A stretch of 64,000 nt of DNA from the NCBI GenBank assembly GCA_013115125.1, contig JABANN010000005.1, positions 62,001 to 126,000 of the forward strand. Reading direction: 5' to 3'. The notes under the pieces are model-generated. The model was not told the origin of the DNA. It made no database searches and saw only the letters and a list, made by a program, of their open reading frames with translations. Below are positions 37,880 through 50,729 of this stretch, piece by piece. Source of the stretch: Perkinsus olseni. Lineage: Eukaryota. The position numbers and the translations under genes were made by a program. Each line of letters opens with the position of its first letter. Position 1 is the first letter of the stretch.

Positions 37880-39834
37880 GCAGGACCGTTATGAAGAGAC
37901 CATTGAAGTCTCTGCGGCCTCTATGGATCTCGTCCAGTTCCCGATAGTAGGCGAGGTGCCGACTCAAAATCCTGCATCGAAGCTAGTGTAGGTCGTGGTG
38001 CTGTGAGTGCCAGCAGACTTGCTTGTTATTTTCCTCAACTTCTCGCGATTGAATGAGCATATTATTCATTTTCTCACTGAACTCCTCCTTCTGCTCCTCC
38101 AACGCGCTCCCATGCACTGTCTGGAGCTGTTCGACTGTATCTATCAGAGTTAAATTCTAAGTGGAATGCCACAGTACTCAAGCGGCGTCGATGACACTCA
38201 CTATCGAGTTCCTTCTGGTGCCTAGCCTCCACCTCCATCAGCGTAACCTCGTGTTGAGAAACAAGCTTTTCTTTTTCTTCCTTGTGGGCTCTGAGAGGAG
38301 CTATCGATTATTCCGAGATCAAGAAAGCCTCTTGCAGTACTTTTCGAGCACATCAACCCTGCAAGCGGTCCTCGTAGTGCGGGCCATGGACTCAACATAC
38401 ACGAGAAGCAAGGCCTTCGTTACGAGCTCACGCGTGTTGTTGTTAGCGAGCAGCTGGCGATGAGCAGCTCTCGACTCCTCGAGACGTGAGGTGACTTTGT
38501 GGATGCTTCTCTGAGCTCACACACTCAAGTCGAGCTTCCTGCAATTGGAGCTTCACCTTCAGTTCTCCAATCTCACCCCGCAGGAGCTCCTCTCTTTCCG
38601 GCGCGAGGCCGACGTCTCTCTCAAGTTCGCAAGCCCGTTCTCTCTCAGTGTTGAGTCTCGCTTGAAGTTGTTTCACTGATGCAGACCTGTACGATCCAAA
38701 CGCGAACTGCGGTCATCTGGCGAGGTCATGGGCTTTCCACACAAATTTATAATCTCCCGCTCTCTAGCGATGGTTGTGTCCTCGAGCTGCTCATTTGCCT
38801 TCTCATGAAGGATCCGCAATGTCTTGAGCTCGCACGTAAGCCTTTGCCTCGCCTGGTGATCCACTAGTCGAGAACAGTGAACTCAACAGGTACCCGCTCA
38901 GACTCCTCAAGCTGGCTGCGCAACTCTTCAGCCGCCTTGTCGTCGTCTGCGGCGAAGATACCTGAAGATTACTTAGAGTGCTTCAGCAAGTCGCAGTCGT
39001 TCTGACCATCTGCAAGATAACTAGACATGTCGAGTTCCGTCAATAGCCTGCTGGGTGGCGGCCCTCCGCTCCTGAGAGCCGGTCACAGTCCCCTCCGCAG
39101 AATGCCACAAACAATCTGCGAGAAGGTACGCGGTTGCCTTGTCTTGGTGTCTTCGGTCAGCTTCCTCCTGCAACCTCTCGATCTCAAGTCGTGACAGTTG
39201 CAAATTCTCTTCGAGCTGATTGAACTACTCATTGAACGGATGGTGGTCTCCTCAGAGATTCTCACTTTCCGCGTGCGCTCAGCATAGCCTTTGATAACCT
39301 CTAGCTCTCGCGTAGGCTGCTGCATCGAACCCTGTAACTGCGCCTAGTCAAACGAGAGAATTCTCTAGCTCTGTTATTCACTTCTGTGTCTGAACATGTT
39401 GAGCTCTTCTGCCGTCTCCCTTTCCTCAGTTTCTCGACCTCGAGTGCCTTGCGTTTGAGTTTTTCTCGCAATTTGACCACCGTGCGATTTAGCATAGTTA
39501 TCCGAGCTCCAGAACTGAGACAAGGCCTCGACGGTGTCCTCCCTCATGAAGCACCACTTACTCCTGGACCGAGTTTAGTGGCCCACCAGAAGTTTGGTTG
39601 GGCTTAGCGCCATTGCGAGCCCTTTCCTGAGATATGAAGGAATACGTTGGGGCCTTCGGAAGCGACCTCTACCTCACTCACCGCGATGGGTGCTTTCCGG
39701 TGCTCTCTGGTCCCTTCCGATGCTGGTCTATCTGACGGAGGCGTCGGCGGCAAGGCCACGGGCGGGCTGCGTGAATTTCCCTCATCGTCAAGGCCTTCTT
39801 CTGCTTCGCCAGCTGCGATGAGAGGGGGTAGCAT
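37880..39834 (-). CDS. Coiled-coil protein (multi-exon; may join the downstream gene)
   Basis: E/K/R/L-rich heptad exons such as VVKLREKLKRKALEVEKLRK, LSRLEIERLQEEADRR and KQLQARLNTERERACELE; Pro-rich N-terminus from ATG 39834. Confidence 0.55.
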
Positions 39835-40168
39835 TTAGTCTAAACGACTAATGGTCGCGAACTTTTTAGCACACAGTCGAGAACTTCCCATGTCCATTCA
39901 AAATTTAGTACTGCGCCATGTGACCAATAGTAATACAGTTGACTCAACTTGCGCACGCGTGCACCCTGCGGCACGCACGCACGAAGCAAGCCAAAAAACG
40001 GCTCATCCGAGGATCGTGCAGGGCTTCTGGGCTTGTAACTTAAGAGAACTTGGGTTTGGGAGGCTTTGAACCTGGGTGAAAATCAAGGAGGATCTACGTT
40101 TAGTTGGACCAAGTACGGCTCAAAGGCGCCGGCCGCTACGCGAGCAATACACGAAGGCGGTCAACGAA

Positions 40169-42002
40169 ATGTCTTCCAGTCGCCAGCTACTGCGATCTAA
40201 CGGTCTCAGGGTCATGCTGGTGCGGTCAATCGATCGTTGTTGCCTCGCCTCAACTCGGATCGGTTGACTCCGTAAGTTAGGATGCAGCATCGGGGCTGTG
40301 TTCATAATAGTCATTCGCAGCATTCACTGGAGCATTTCGGGGCGCTCGAGTTCCTGAGAACACGGGTCAAGTCCGCAGCGTAGACAGAGTGTCTTGTCGA
40401 GGAAACAAGGGCGAGGATGCTTTACTGAGGGCTGGTGGGCCGAGCGGCCTATCGTGTGCTGTTCAGACCCTCGAGTCGACTGGTCCGTGCCTGTCCAGCA
40501 AGGGGAGGGTATGACTGTCGTTCAATTGTCAGTTGCCTACCATGAACCCCGAGCTTCCTCACCCCCTCCCTCCGTGGATCCTACGTGTACGTATGCCTGA
40601 GAGTCCCAACGCACTCCTTGAGAGCTTCTGGCATGCCGCCATCCGCCTCGCAATCACCAGTGCAGCAGATCCGTATCTCTTCATACGGCAGCTCTATGAC
40701 ATTTCCTGCGAGCACCTACGGGAGGGACTGGAGTCAGAGCGACAAGTCCAAGTCTTCGATTATGTGAGTTAGTAGCTGCCTGAATCTATAGAGCCCGGGT
40801 GGATATTGTTCCATTTCTTCATAGTTTTAGTGAGACGTGTTCCATGTAGCGACCCGAACTGGTAGGATATTATAAAATGATTCTTGATTGCTTCGTTACC
40901 TATGTTAATCATTGTCTTCTTGGGGTTTGGAATGTTGGAACTCAACACAAACCAGTAGTTGAGTTTTCGTAGTTATTTCGACAAACGGTATCATCGAAAC
41001 ACAAGTGCGCTCCGGCTGCTCGTACTGCTGTAGCTCACCCATCGTGAAGCTTACGAGATATCTATTTTTCGTGAATCTTTCGAACAGAAAAAATCCTCGC
41101 TGGCATACGTCAGTCTTCGGGCGTCTCAGATTACGAAGTGTACAGAGGTTATGAGCGAGCAGTATGACCCCGGTGCTGACGACAGGCCCAAGGAGCTACT
41201 CATGACGGCTCTTCTGTGCGATTTGACAAGAATGAATGACTTCATCAGGTGGGCAGAGAGAGGTCCATCGTAGCTATTGATGAGGAAATCGATCTCAGAG
41301 ACAGAGAGGCTACGAGAAAGAGGCGACGAACCGGGGTATCAACGGCCGTCGCCAGTGAATACTCGAGAGTAACTTCGAGGTAGCTGCGCTGGCCCCCGAA
41401 AAGCTCTGATCATGGCAAGTGATTCTCGCAGTGATTCTCCTCGACCTGCCCATGGCTCTGTAATTTCACTTGACTCTGAGGATGAACTGGAAGTGGAGAA
41501 CGCAGGACAGCAAACACGTCCTGGAAGGACTCTAAAGTCAGACAGCGATTTGGATGATAGCCCTGGCAGTCCTGGTAGGGATTAATCAATTGTAGCAGTG
41601 GAGCTCCTTTTGCTAGGCGATGATCTTCGGAGCGAAGCTGATGATGTGGATGATGTGGATGATGTAGTAATGGGAGGGCTTGCGTCCATGGACTTGGCAA
41701 TTATCAGGTACTTCCCAGCAAGTATTCCAAGTGGACGGTAGGCTAGGCGATCTCCCTCTTGACGTTATAGACCTCCCGTTGTAGGATGAGGAACAGGGGG
41801 AGCTCGACCGAGCTCTGATCGAGTACAACCACGACCCGCAGGGATGGAAGAAAATGGTCAGAGACCGTAGGTTCAAGTAACTTAGAATTATCGCGGAGCT
41901 CGGAAAATCGAATTCTGTGTTCGCAGGTTCGCGCCGGGCCGAAGTGAAGAGGACTGCCGAGAGAGGTACCGGCGAATGAAACGAGAAGGTTATTATGCTT
42001 GA
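40169..42002 (+). CDS. Protein with a single C-terminal Myb/SANT domain (multi-exon; start approximate)
   Basis: Splicing 41722-42002 across two GT-AG introns gives KYSKWT|DEEQGELDRALIEYNHDPQGWKKMVRDRRFK|FAPGRSEEDCRERYRRMKREGYYA*. The ORF track does not show this domain. Confidence 0.65.
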
Positions 42003-42810
42003 ACTGAGTAGGAGGAACAATAGTCCTTCTCGTCTACCTCTCTTCGGAGTTCATCCTCTTCCACTGCGTAATTGCGGGTTTGTTGTCACGACGAAGCTGC
42101 GCATTTGGGACGTTCTTTTGAGGCGCATCTCGAACGAATCTGCCATTTCACATTGTCCAGATTATCTTCATTCCAATTTTCACAGCATCGTAGTAACTCG
42201 AGGAAAGAGTCAGAGAAAGCGTGAGTCCCGTATCTTTAGAGGCTACGGTAGTGACAGGATGTAGCGGCTAAAAGCACAGGGCTATGTGGGCAGTTCGTCG
42301 ACGCAGTAAGCAATCGAAGATCTGCGCGGACATGCCTGTGGATAGCACTTTTAGAATGACGCCTATCAGCCATCGGCTGATCTTGCGATACAGTGTTACT
42401 TACATCGTTGTTTCGGGCAGGGAATTGTTGTTAGCAGGAAACTTGGGGGTGGGGGAGGGGGGTAGTATCATTTTGGAGATTACCTCTGCTCGGACGACGT
42501 AAACCAATAGTAGCTCCATATTGCTCGGAGTATCGTCGCCCGGCTGTCATAGTCGGTGCTGTCCTTGGGAAACGGGTGCAGCTTTGAGGTTTTGGAGTCT
42601 CCGTAGCGCATCGGGGCTAAAGTCAGAACTTTGCTACCTAGTGCGTCACTAGCAGGGGGTGGGCGCTTCCACTATTCCAGTCCAGGAAAGTTGTTGATCA
42701 AGTACGACGCGCTGCACATTTGTGCGTATGCAAGCAGCGGGGTAATCTCATTCGGAACTTGGTTATGGTTAAGCGGTTTCGCATGCGACGACGGCAAGGT
42801 AAAGATTTTG

Positions 42811-42865
42811 GGCCACGTAGTAGCTTTTGCGCCAAAATTTTTGGCGCAAAAGCTACTACGTGGCC
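42811..42865. repeat. 55-bp near-perfect palindrome (27-bp arms, 1-nt centre)
   Basis: GGCCACGTAGTAGCTTTTGCGCCAAAA-T-TTTTGGCGCAAAAGCTACTACGTGGCC. Confidence 0.95.
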
Positions 42866-43035
42866 TTAGATGCTGTAACGGGTTGTAGAGCGTCCTTGAT
42901 CACGGGGTAATCACAGGTTCATCATCAACTTAATAACTCATACGGAAGGGTAACGAATCAGGTGCAATGGGGAATAGGCAATTGGTGAGAGCGTCGGCCT
43001 GCCGGGCCCAGCTTGGGGGCCAGCTGAGGGGAGTT

Positions 43036-43335
43036 TCATTCTATCATGGAATAACTTTGGACTTCACTTGAGTTCTCTCGGGAAGAGATGAAGGAGATTT
43101 GGGGGCGCCTAGAACTCGGTCTCCTGCTAGTCACGCCGCTCATCTTCATGGCATATTGAGGTTTAGTGAGTCTCACCCATTGGGTAACATACTGTACAGT
43201 ACATAGTTGGGCCGGCTGATATACCCAAAGATACTGTCTCACGTCGAGAACGAGCTCCCGGGGACTCGAGCGGTCGTCCATCAATCTTGTGATTAGCTTG
43301 AGATTGAGAGCGAGCCGATTACGGAAATCGGTCAT
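43036..43335 (-). pseudogene. Short or decayed intronless ORF with an F-box-like N-terminal motif
   Basis: MTDFRNRLALNLKLITRLMDDRSSPRELVLDVRQYL resembles the N-terminal layout of the adjacent array. The frame ends after ~99 codons. Confidence 0.3.
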
Positions 43336-44497
43336 GTCCTTCGAAAAAAAGGGTGCCGGCTGATAAGTGATATGCACTAAAAACAAGAAGTACGCGCTAG
43401 CGCAGTTTCGCAATTCAATGAGCTCTGTCGCGAAAATGTGGTCTGTACTGAGTTGTAGTGCAGGCGTCTAGCTTGCACCATGCATGCTGAAACTGCTGCA
43501 AACTCGCTTGCGAAATGCGGTCAAAATTCTTTCAGAAAGCGCCAGCGCCCGCGTCTCTGTCAGGACGTTGAAACCACCGATTCGATGGTACCGACGACCT
43601 TGGAAATTGATGACATAGACGTGTTAAATGCATTAGGTAAGTCCGTATATGAGTTCCTTCTCGAACAATGTGGCAAAACAGGAATCAAACGATCCATGGC
43701 ACGTTGTCGAGGACGTCGACGAAGACGCTCAAACATCAGCTCATTGTCCTCGGTTACAACTTGTCATTGTCTTTAGTCATCAGTGATGACTCATCACCCT
43801 GATGAGCTGTCAGTGAGCAACTCGCAGCGCAGTTGCGCCCGGGTTCTTTGACGCACTAAGTGCGCGCAACCGTTAAACGAAGACCGGTGCTCGTAAATGA
43901 TCCCCCTCTCGACCGTCGATCATCTCTGAGACGAGGTTTCACGTCACACAGATTCTCACTGCTGGTGATGGCGCAATCTGCGAGTCCGGCCTAATCCACT
44001 CGACTGTCTTCACGCTTTCTACGCTCGGTCACGACATTTCATGCCCTCCGATGTTCGTGATGAGTTCTTCAATGATAAATCACTTGCCATTAGTGAGCTC
44101 CAGGGTCTGAGGGGGTCTTTGTCTGAAAAATAGTTCCATAGGAAGGATCGACTCGCATGAAAGCCAATTTCCGGTGAATATCGAAGCGTTGTGTTGTGCT
44201 CCTGTCAGCTCGAATTGGGTTTTCATCGTAGTGGAGTACCCTAATACCCGTGGAATTTTCACGCGGTTTAGTGTTGGCCTGCTGTGCCTTCTCGCCTTAT
44301 CCGAGAGTGTTCGAGCTGGCTCCTCCGGCGCCTGCATAAGAGATTTTGTCTGAGCATCGGTCGAGTAGCGAAAATTTTAGCGAGCCCACGTGCTTAACAT
44401 AGGTGGTGTGCGTAGAGAGCCTCATCATGAACTCGATCGCGTTATTCAGTCACGTCATGGGGTGTTCATTTCGTTCACAGTGTTCTCAATAACGCTC

Positions 44498-45643
44498 ATG
44501 AAACCATTCCTCTGCTCCACCGTAGCTCTTGAGTCGGCAGCTGTTAAGTCAAGGTTCCGCCGTTACGTGAGTGATGGAGCAAGATTCCTCAATGATGTTG
44601 GTAGAGAGGTGTCGGCCTTCCTCGGCAAGAGTTCGAGAGAGCTCACCTTCAACTGTCCCAGCACTACCGTCATGCTATCTGACATCAGCTTTATGTTCAT
44701 CAGACGTGGTGTGTTGACGGTTGCCCTGCATTGTAAAACAGGATTCAATTTAGTAACGGCTCTCAACCCCGCTGCCACTCCACACATACGAATCCCCAGC
44801 GGGGAGGGTTACATGCAGGGCCATTGTTACGACCCTGTGAAGGACGCACTTTACATCCTCTATAGGGATGACGATGCGTTCTTGCTCCATGTACACCGCC
44901 TCACAGACGGGGTCGAAGCCCGCAGTCGGGTTGTTGTAGTCGAAGGGATGCTCGACTTAGCACAAGACATCTCGAACTTTAGAGGGGGAATGGCATCTGT
45001 AGCTGGACGTGTGTATCTACCCTGCTCCGGACCCGTTCAGGAAGGCGGCCCGTTCTCGTTGGTGTGTCTCGATACCCGGCACTGCACGAACGGTAGAATT
45101 CAAGCCCAGATGGTATGGAATCTCTCCGACTCGTGCAGCGACTGGCCCATGTCACTGATCTGCGAACATGAGGGTCAGAATGACTGCATCCTATCTGTTG
45201 TCTATTGCGCGGGTGACGAGGAAGACTGGGTTTTCCGTAGACTATTGGTAACCCACAGAGGAAGGAGAGTATCGGCCGAGTGCTTGTGCTCTTGGCTCCT
45301 CGAGCCACACGATGGGATGGTGGTGGATTATCAGTTATTGCAGAAGAATCTATTGTTATTGTGTAGCTCGGGCGATGGCAGTAACTTTTACTATTATAGC
45401 TTGTGTGATCGACGAGGACGCGAGCTCGGAGAAGAAAGGGGACAGCTGGATGAGTTTGAGCCGGTGCAGACTCTCGTCTCGGATGATGGCACAATCTACA
45501 TCAAGTCAGGGTTCACTCAGACGATACACAACCCAGTTGATTGTGTTCATGCTTTCTACACTCAAGGACGACATCTCATGCACACCAAGATTCCTAATTG
45601 GTTCTTCGATAATAAATATCCCCGTATTAATCCTGTGGCCTAG
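44498..45643 (+). CDS. Tandem intronless family copy A (intact, 381 aa)
   Basis: Open frame from MKPFLCSTVALES to NWFFDNKYPRINPVA*; clear homology to the seven downstream copies. Confidence 0.8.
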   Translation: MKPFLCSTVALESAAVKSRFRRYVSDGARFLNDVGREVSAFLGKSSRELTFNCPSTTVMLSDISFMFIRRGVLTVALHCKTGFNLVTALNPAATPHIRIPSGEGYMQGHCYDPVKDALYILYRDDDAFLLHVHRLTDGVEARSRVVVVEGMLDLAQDISNFRGGMASVAGRVYLPCSGPVQEGGPFSLVCLDTRHCTNGRIQAQMVWNLSDSCSDWPMSLICEHEGQNDCILSVVYCAGDEEDWVFRRLLVTHRGRRVSAECLCSWLLEPHDGMVVDYQLLQKNLLLLCSSGDGSNFYYYSLCDRRGRELGEERGQLDEFEPVQTLVSDDGTIYIKSGFTQTIHNPVDCVHAFYTQGRHLMHTKIPNWFFDNKYPRINPVA

Positions 45644-46311
45644 CTGTCTTGGCTCTGCTCTCCACAATCGCTCTGCTGTCGCTGTATGCTTGACGTCTGT
45701 CGATACCCAAACCGCTTCATTGCGCTACTGTAGCATTTCTGGTCTCGGAATTTAGTCCATAGGAGAGGACCCATCCGTGGGATAGATTCAGCATGGAAAG
45801 TAATTCTCTAGAAAGTAGAGGAGCGTTGTGTTGAGCCTCGTAACGAGGCCCTCGTTCCAGTTGGATCACCATAGTGAAGTACCCTAGTGCCTACGTATAT
45901 GTCGTTTGAGTTAGTCAGATGTGTCAGGCCATACAGATGTTGGCGCCCAAGCGGGCCGTTGAGCGAAACGTCTCGCCTCTCAGTGGATAATTAGGGACGC
46001 TACTCGGACGCGTGTGCCCGGAGCTCCCACGCATTCAGCTCATCCCACCTTACCATTGGACGCGTACTTGAAGCAGCTTCGTCTGTTGAATAGGGATGGT
46101 ATGTGTTTCTTTCCAGAGCCATGTGTTGAGATTCTCATGTTGAATCTTAGCGCAATGGTTGCTCACGTTTTATGGGTGTCTTTTCGGCTCACAGTGTTCT
46201 CCATCATCTCTCATGAACCCATTACTCATACTTAGTCCGCCTACATCAGAACATACTCAATTGCATCATGTGCGTTTGCTTAAGTTGTCTCTTCGGCTAT
46301 TGGCTATTCAA

Positions 46312-47454
46312 ATGTATCCGTTCCTCTGCTCTACCATAGCCCTCGAGTCGGAAGTCGTGAAGTCCTGGTTCTGCCGCTTCGACGGAGCGAGATTCCTCAA
46401 TGATGTTGATAGAGAAGTGTCGGCCTTCCTCGGCAAGAGTTCGAGAGAGCTCACCTTCAACTGCCCCAGCAATACGGTCATCCTACCTGACATTGGGTTC
46501 ATCTTCATCAGACGCGGTGTGCTGATGGTAGCCCAATATTTAGAGAAAGATGTAGCTCTAGGGCCACTCGCCAGCCCGGCAACCGCTCCACATGTACGTG
46601 TCCCCAGCGCCGAAGGCGACGAGTGGGGTCATTGTTATGATCCCGTTGAGGACGAACTCTACATTCTCTTCAATGAAGGAGATGCTTTCCTATTGGACGT
46701 ACACTCGCTAGCCGACGACGCCAATCTTACCTCGCGTACTCTGGTGGTTGAAGGGATGATGCAGTTTGCAGGAGGTCGCTCGATTTGCAGAGGGGACACG
46801 GCGTTTGTAGCTGGTCGCATGTATTTACCCTGTTCTGGAGAGGCCTTTCGAAATGAACCTCCTTGGCTGGTCTGTCTCGATGCCCGGGATAGGTCGATGG
46901 GCACCATTCAAGCGCAGATGATTTGCCAACTATCCGACTCGTCTTCCAACAGGCCGATTTCACTTGTCTGCGAAGCGGAGCGAGTGACTGATTGTGTCAT
47001 ATGCATTGCTTACTATAACAGTGATGAAGAATGGGCTTTCCGTAAACTACTAGTCACCCACCGTGGGAGTAAAGTATCTGCGGTCAGCCTGTCCTCATAG
47101 ACGATTCGCAGGCCACAGGATTTCAGGGTTATGGAGTATCAGTTATTAAAGAAGAATCTATTGCTATTGTGTATCGTGGGAGACTCGCATCATGATCACT
47201 TCTATAGCTTGTGTGATGAACGAGGCCGTGAGCTCGGAGCGAGAAGGGGACAGTTGAGTGAGCTTGAACCCCAGCAGACTCTCATCTCAGATGATGGCAC
47301 AATCTACATCAGGTCGGGGTTCACTGGGACGATTCACGACCCAGTTGACTGTGTTCATGCTTTTCGCACTCAAGGAAGATATCTCATGCATACCGAGATT
47401 CCTAATTGGTTCTTCGATAATAAAGAACTTCACGTCGAGCCTGTGGATCGCTAG
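46312..47454 (+). pseudogene. Tandem family copy B (single in-frame TAG)
   Basis: Full-length and in frame, except TAG at 47098-47100 where copies A, F and G have Trp (CSW). Confidence 0.75.
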
Positions 47455-47831
47455 GGCCTGACTCTCTCTGTCTATGTGCTGTTGCTGTATAATTGACTTC
47501 CGTCACTGATTTCGTTTGCGCTTTTGTCTGTAGCATTCCTCGTCTATGGGAGCGATCGATTCAGCATGAGAGCTACTCTTGGAAAGAACGAGTCAGCGTT
47601 TTGTTGTTCTCCTCTCGTGTAGGATCGGTTCATCGTGATAGTTACGGAAAGTGGGCTGGTGGCACCAGCCTGGTGCCACTGCTCGCCGGGCGGAAAACCC
47701 ACTTGCTTAATATGGATGGTTGGTGTTGAGATCTTTAACCTGGTCGTGATGTTTGGTCACTACGTGACCGTCATGATATGTGTGTCCACTCGGTTCACAC
47801 TGTGAACTTCACAGTCTCTTCATCAACTCCT

Positions 47832-48265
47832 ATGAACCCATTCCTCAGCTCTACGATAGCTTCCGAGTCCGCAGTAGTTAAGTTCCGGTTCCGCCGTAAC
47901 TTGGGAGGTGAAGGATTCCTCAATGATGTTGGTAGAGAGGCCTCGGACTTCCTCAGCAAGAGTTCGAGAGAGCTCACCTCCAACTGCCCCTGCAATACCG
48001 TGATGTTACCTGACATTAGGTCCACCTTCATCAGACGTGGCGTACTGATGGTGGCCCGGCATTTGAAGGAGGAGCCTCGCTCTCGCGCCGCTCTTCAGCC
48101 CAGCTGCGATTCCACAATTACTTATCCCTGGTGGGAAGGGTTTCCTGTGTAGTTGGTGACACCAACTTGCTGTTACGACCCTGTTGAGGACGCCCTTTAT
48201 ATCCTCTACTGGAAAGATGATGCATGCTCGCTCTACGTGAATTCGCTCGCAGACGGGTTCGACTC
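47832..48265 (+). pseudogene. Tandem family copy C (frameshifted, 3'-truncated; closest to copy F)
   Basis: MNPFLSSTIASES..., with a frameshift near 48075 and homology lost after ..LADGFD (~48262). Confidence 0.75.
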
Positions 48266-49358
48266 GACTCGGGTCACCCGAGCAACCGAGTCTTCGCGCA
48301 TGTGCGCTGTAATCCATCATCAATCATTCAACCCGATGAGTTTCGTCTAGCTCCTCTGCAGCCTCCTCGACCCCATCTTTGAGACGTCTTCAGTTAAGTC
48401 AAACCACTAGGTTTTCAGAGTCACCGCTGGTACTTCCTTGTGCAGGCGTGCAAATACCTTTGCACTATAACTCAGTACAGTGTGGCTATTTGAGGCGGGG
48501 CTCAAAGAGAGGTAAGATTGGACTGGATAGGAGCTAAGCAATAATGTGATATACAGGTTACTGAGCTAAGCTAAGCTTAGTGTAGCACGTATACTCATGC
48601 ACGCGAGTGCAGGGCGCATAGTAAGGTCAGACGGCTGTCTGATACTAATGATACATAGTAGCGGTAAACTACGAGCTGAGTGGTACTGAACCAGACTGTA
48701 GCTGTTACTTAGCGAACACTATAGGCGTCACTGTGTTGTCACTATAGTGCATCTTTGTTAGCACGCATACACAAGCTCGCTATTAGCGAGTCGCTAATGA
48801 TCCCCAGTCGGGTAGAAGAATCTTTCATCTTCCTTAGGATTCGTGCTCATGCTGTGATGAATTCATTCCACTTCACGCCACCAAATTAAAACCAACCACC
48901 CCAGAGAAGGAAAGGATAGAAGATAAGTATCAAAATAAACACTACGAGTGGTTAATCAACCGCAGAGAAAATACTATCAGCAACGGCATATCTATCTCAT
49001 TGCACACTAATCGTCGTCAGTGTTCAACTTGAAACCAGACAAGTCCTTCGCTAGACTGAGACTGTAGCTGTCCCGGTAGTGGTGTAGTGGAATCGCGAGA
49101 CATCAAGATTCTGCGACACTCGCTCCTTGATGAGCTTGGCCGTGCGGCTCATATAGCCCGAGTGACTGGTGGTGGTCTCGAATGCCTGGCCTTCGAACTC
49201 GAGCCTCAAGTAAAACATTCCGATGACAAAACTGAGCAGATTTGTGCGCCAGGATCTCAGGGAAGGTTCCCTCCTACAAATCCCCTCGGAGTGGGCTCCA
49301 AACTCAATTATATCATGTGCGTTCGCTCAAGTTGTCTCTTGTTCTATTGGCTATTTCA

Positions 49359-50182
49359 ATGGACCCATTCCTCTGCTCTACCATCGCTCTCGAGTCGGCC
49401 GCTGTGAAATCCAGGTTCAACCGCTTCGATGGAGCAAGATTCCTCAATGATGTTGGTAGAGAGGTGTCGGCCTTCCTCGGCAAGAGTTCGAGAGAGCTCA
49501 CCTTCAAATGCCCCAGCAATACCGTCATCCTACCTGACATTTGGTTCATGTTCATCAGACGTGGTGTGCTGATGGTAGCCCAGTATTTAGAGAAGGGTAT
49601 AGCTTTAGTACCACTTTTCAGCCCGGCTACCGCTCCGCATCTGCATGTCGCCAGCGGTTCTCTGACTCGTCTCCCGGTGGGCCGATTTCACTTGTCTGCG
49701 AGAGGTATCGAGCGAGCGATTGTGTCATATCTGTTGCTTACTGCAGCAGTGATGGGGAATGGGTTTTACGTAAACTATTGCTCACTTATCTCGGGGCTAG
49801 AATATCTGCGGCCAGCCTGTCCTTATGGCCGATTCACAGGCCACGCGATTGCCGGGTTATGGAGTATCAGTTATTAAAGAAGAATCTATTGTTATTGTGT
49901 ACCATGGGAGACTCGCATCATGATCATTTCTATAGCTTATGTGATGAAAGGGGCCGTGAGCTCGGAGCGAGAAGGGGACAGTTGAGTGAGCTTGAACCTG
50001 AGCAGGCTCTCATCTCAGATGATGGCACAATCTACATCAAGTCAGAGTTCGCTGAGGCGATGCATAACCCAGTTGATTGTGTTCATGCTTTTTACACTCA
50101 GTCACGACATCTCATACGCACCGAGGTCCCTAATTGGTTTTTCAATAATAGAGAGCTTCAAATCGAGCCCGTGGATCGCTAG
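49359..50182 (+). pseudogene. Tandem family copy D (internal ~320-nt deletion with frameshift)
   Basis: The N-terminus (ORF 49242) joins the C-terminal half (ORF 49541) out of frame at ~49657, and the HCYDP..LVCLD block is missing. Confidence 0.75.
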
Positions 50183-50729
50183 GGCCTAACTCTCATTGTG
50201 TTCGTGCTGTCTCTGCAAACTTGATTTATGTCTATGATTTCAAAAGCGATCATTCGCTCAAGACTTGGGTGACAAGTCGCTCCATTCTTCAACTGTCTGT
50301 ATCATTCCGCGTCCATAAGCGCGATTCATTTAGTATAACAGCTACTCTGGGAAAGAATAATCTAGCGTTGCGTCACGCGCCTCGTCCCGAATTGGATCGG
50401 GTGATGCTCAGCGGAAGTGCGCTAGTGTCCATACAATGTTCATGTGTTGTACTTTTCGCCTGGGCTTTTGCGGCAGCTCGCACAGTTGCTTGGGCCGAGT
50501 GCATCGAAGAATGAAACTTCTCGCCCCTTTATGGCTGATTAATCTCGGAGCTAGACGCTTGCGCGCAGGCTCCAATCGTTGTGAACGCTCGCTTGTTTAT
50601 TCCACTCGAGAAAGCTGGCGAGGAAACCACCTACTCAATAAGGATAGGGGGTGTTGAGGATCTGATCGCGATGTTTGGTCAAGACGTGACCAAATAACGA
50701 AGAGATGTGTGCCCATTTGGTTAACTCTC

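Noticed and set aside
47098-47100. TAG readthrough or alternative genetic code in copy B
   Set aside because: It is a single TGG->TAG change at a Trp codon, TAG serves as a normal stop in other copies, and sibling copies carry varied disabling lesions, so ordinary pseudogenisation is the simpler explanation.
49310-49331. Relic spliced leader (…GCTCAAG) before copy D
   Set aside because: Only 7 nt match the dinoflagellate/Perkinsus SL 3' end, and the equivalent positions in copies B and G differ; too weak to call.
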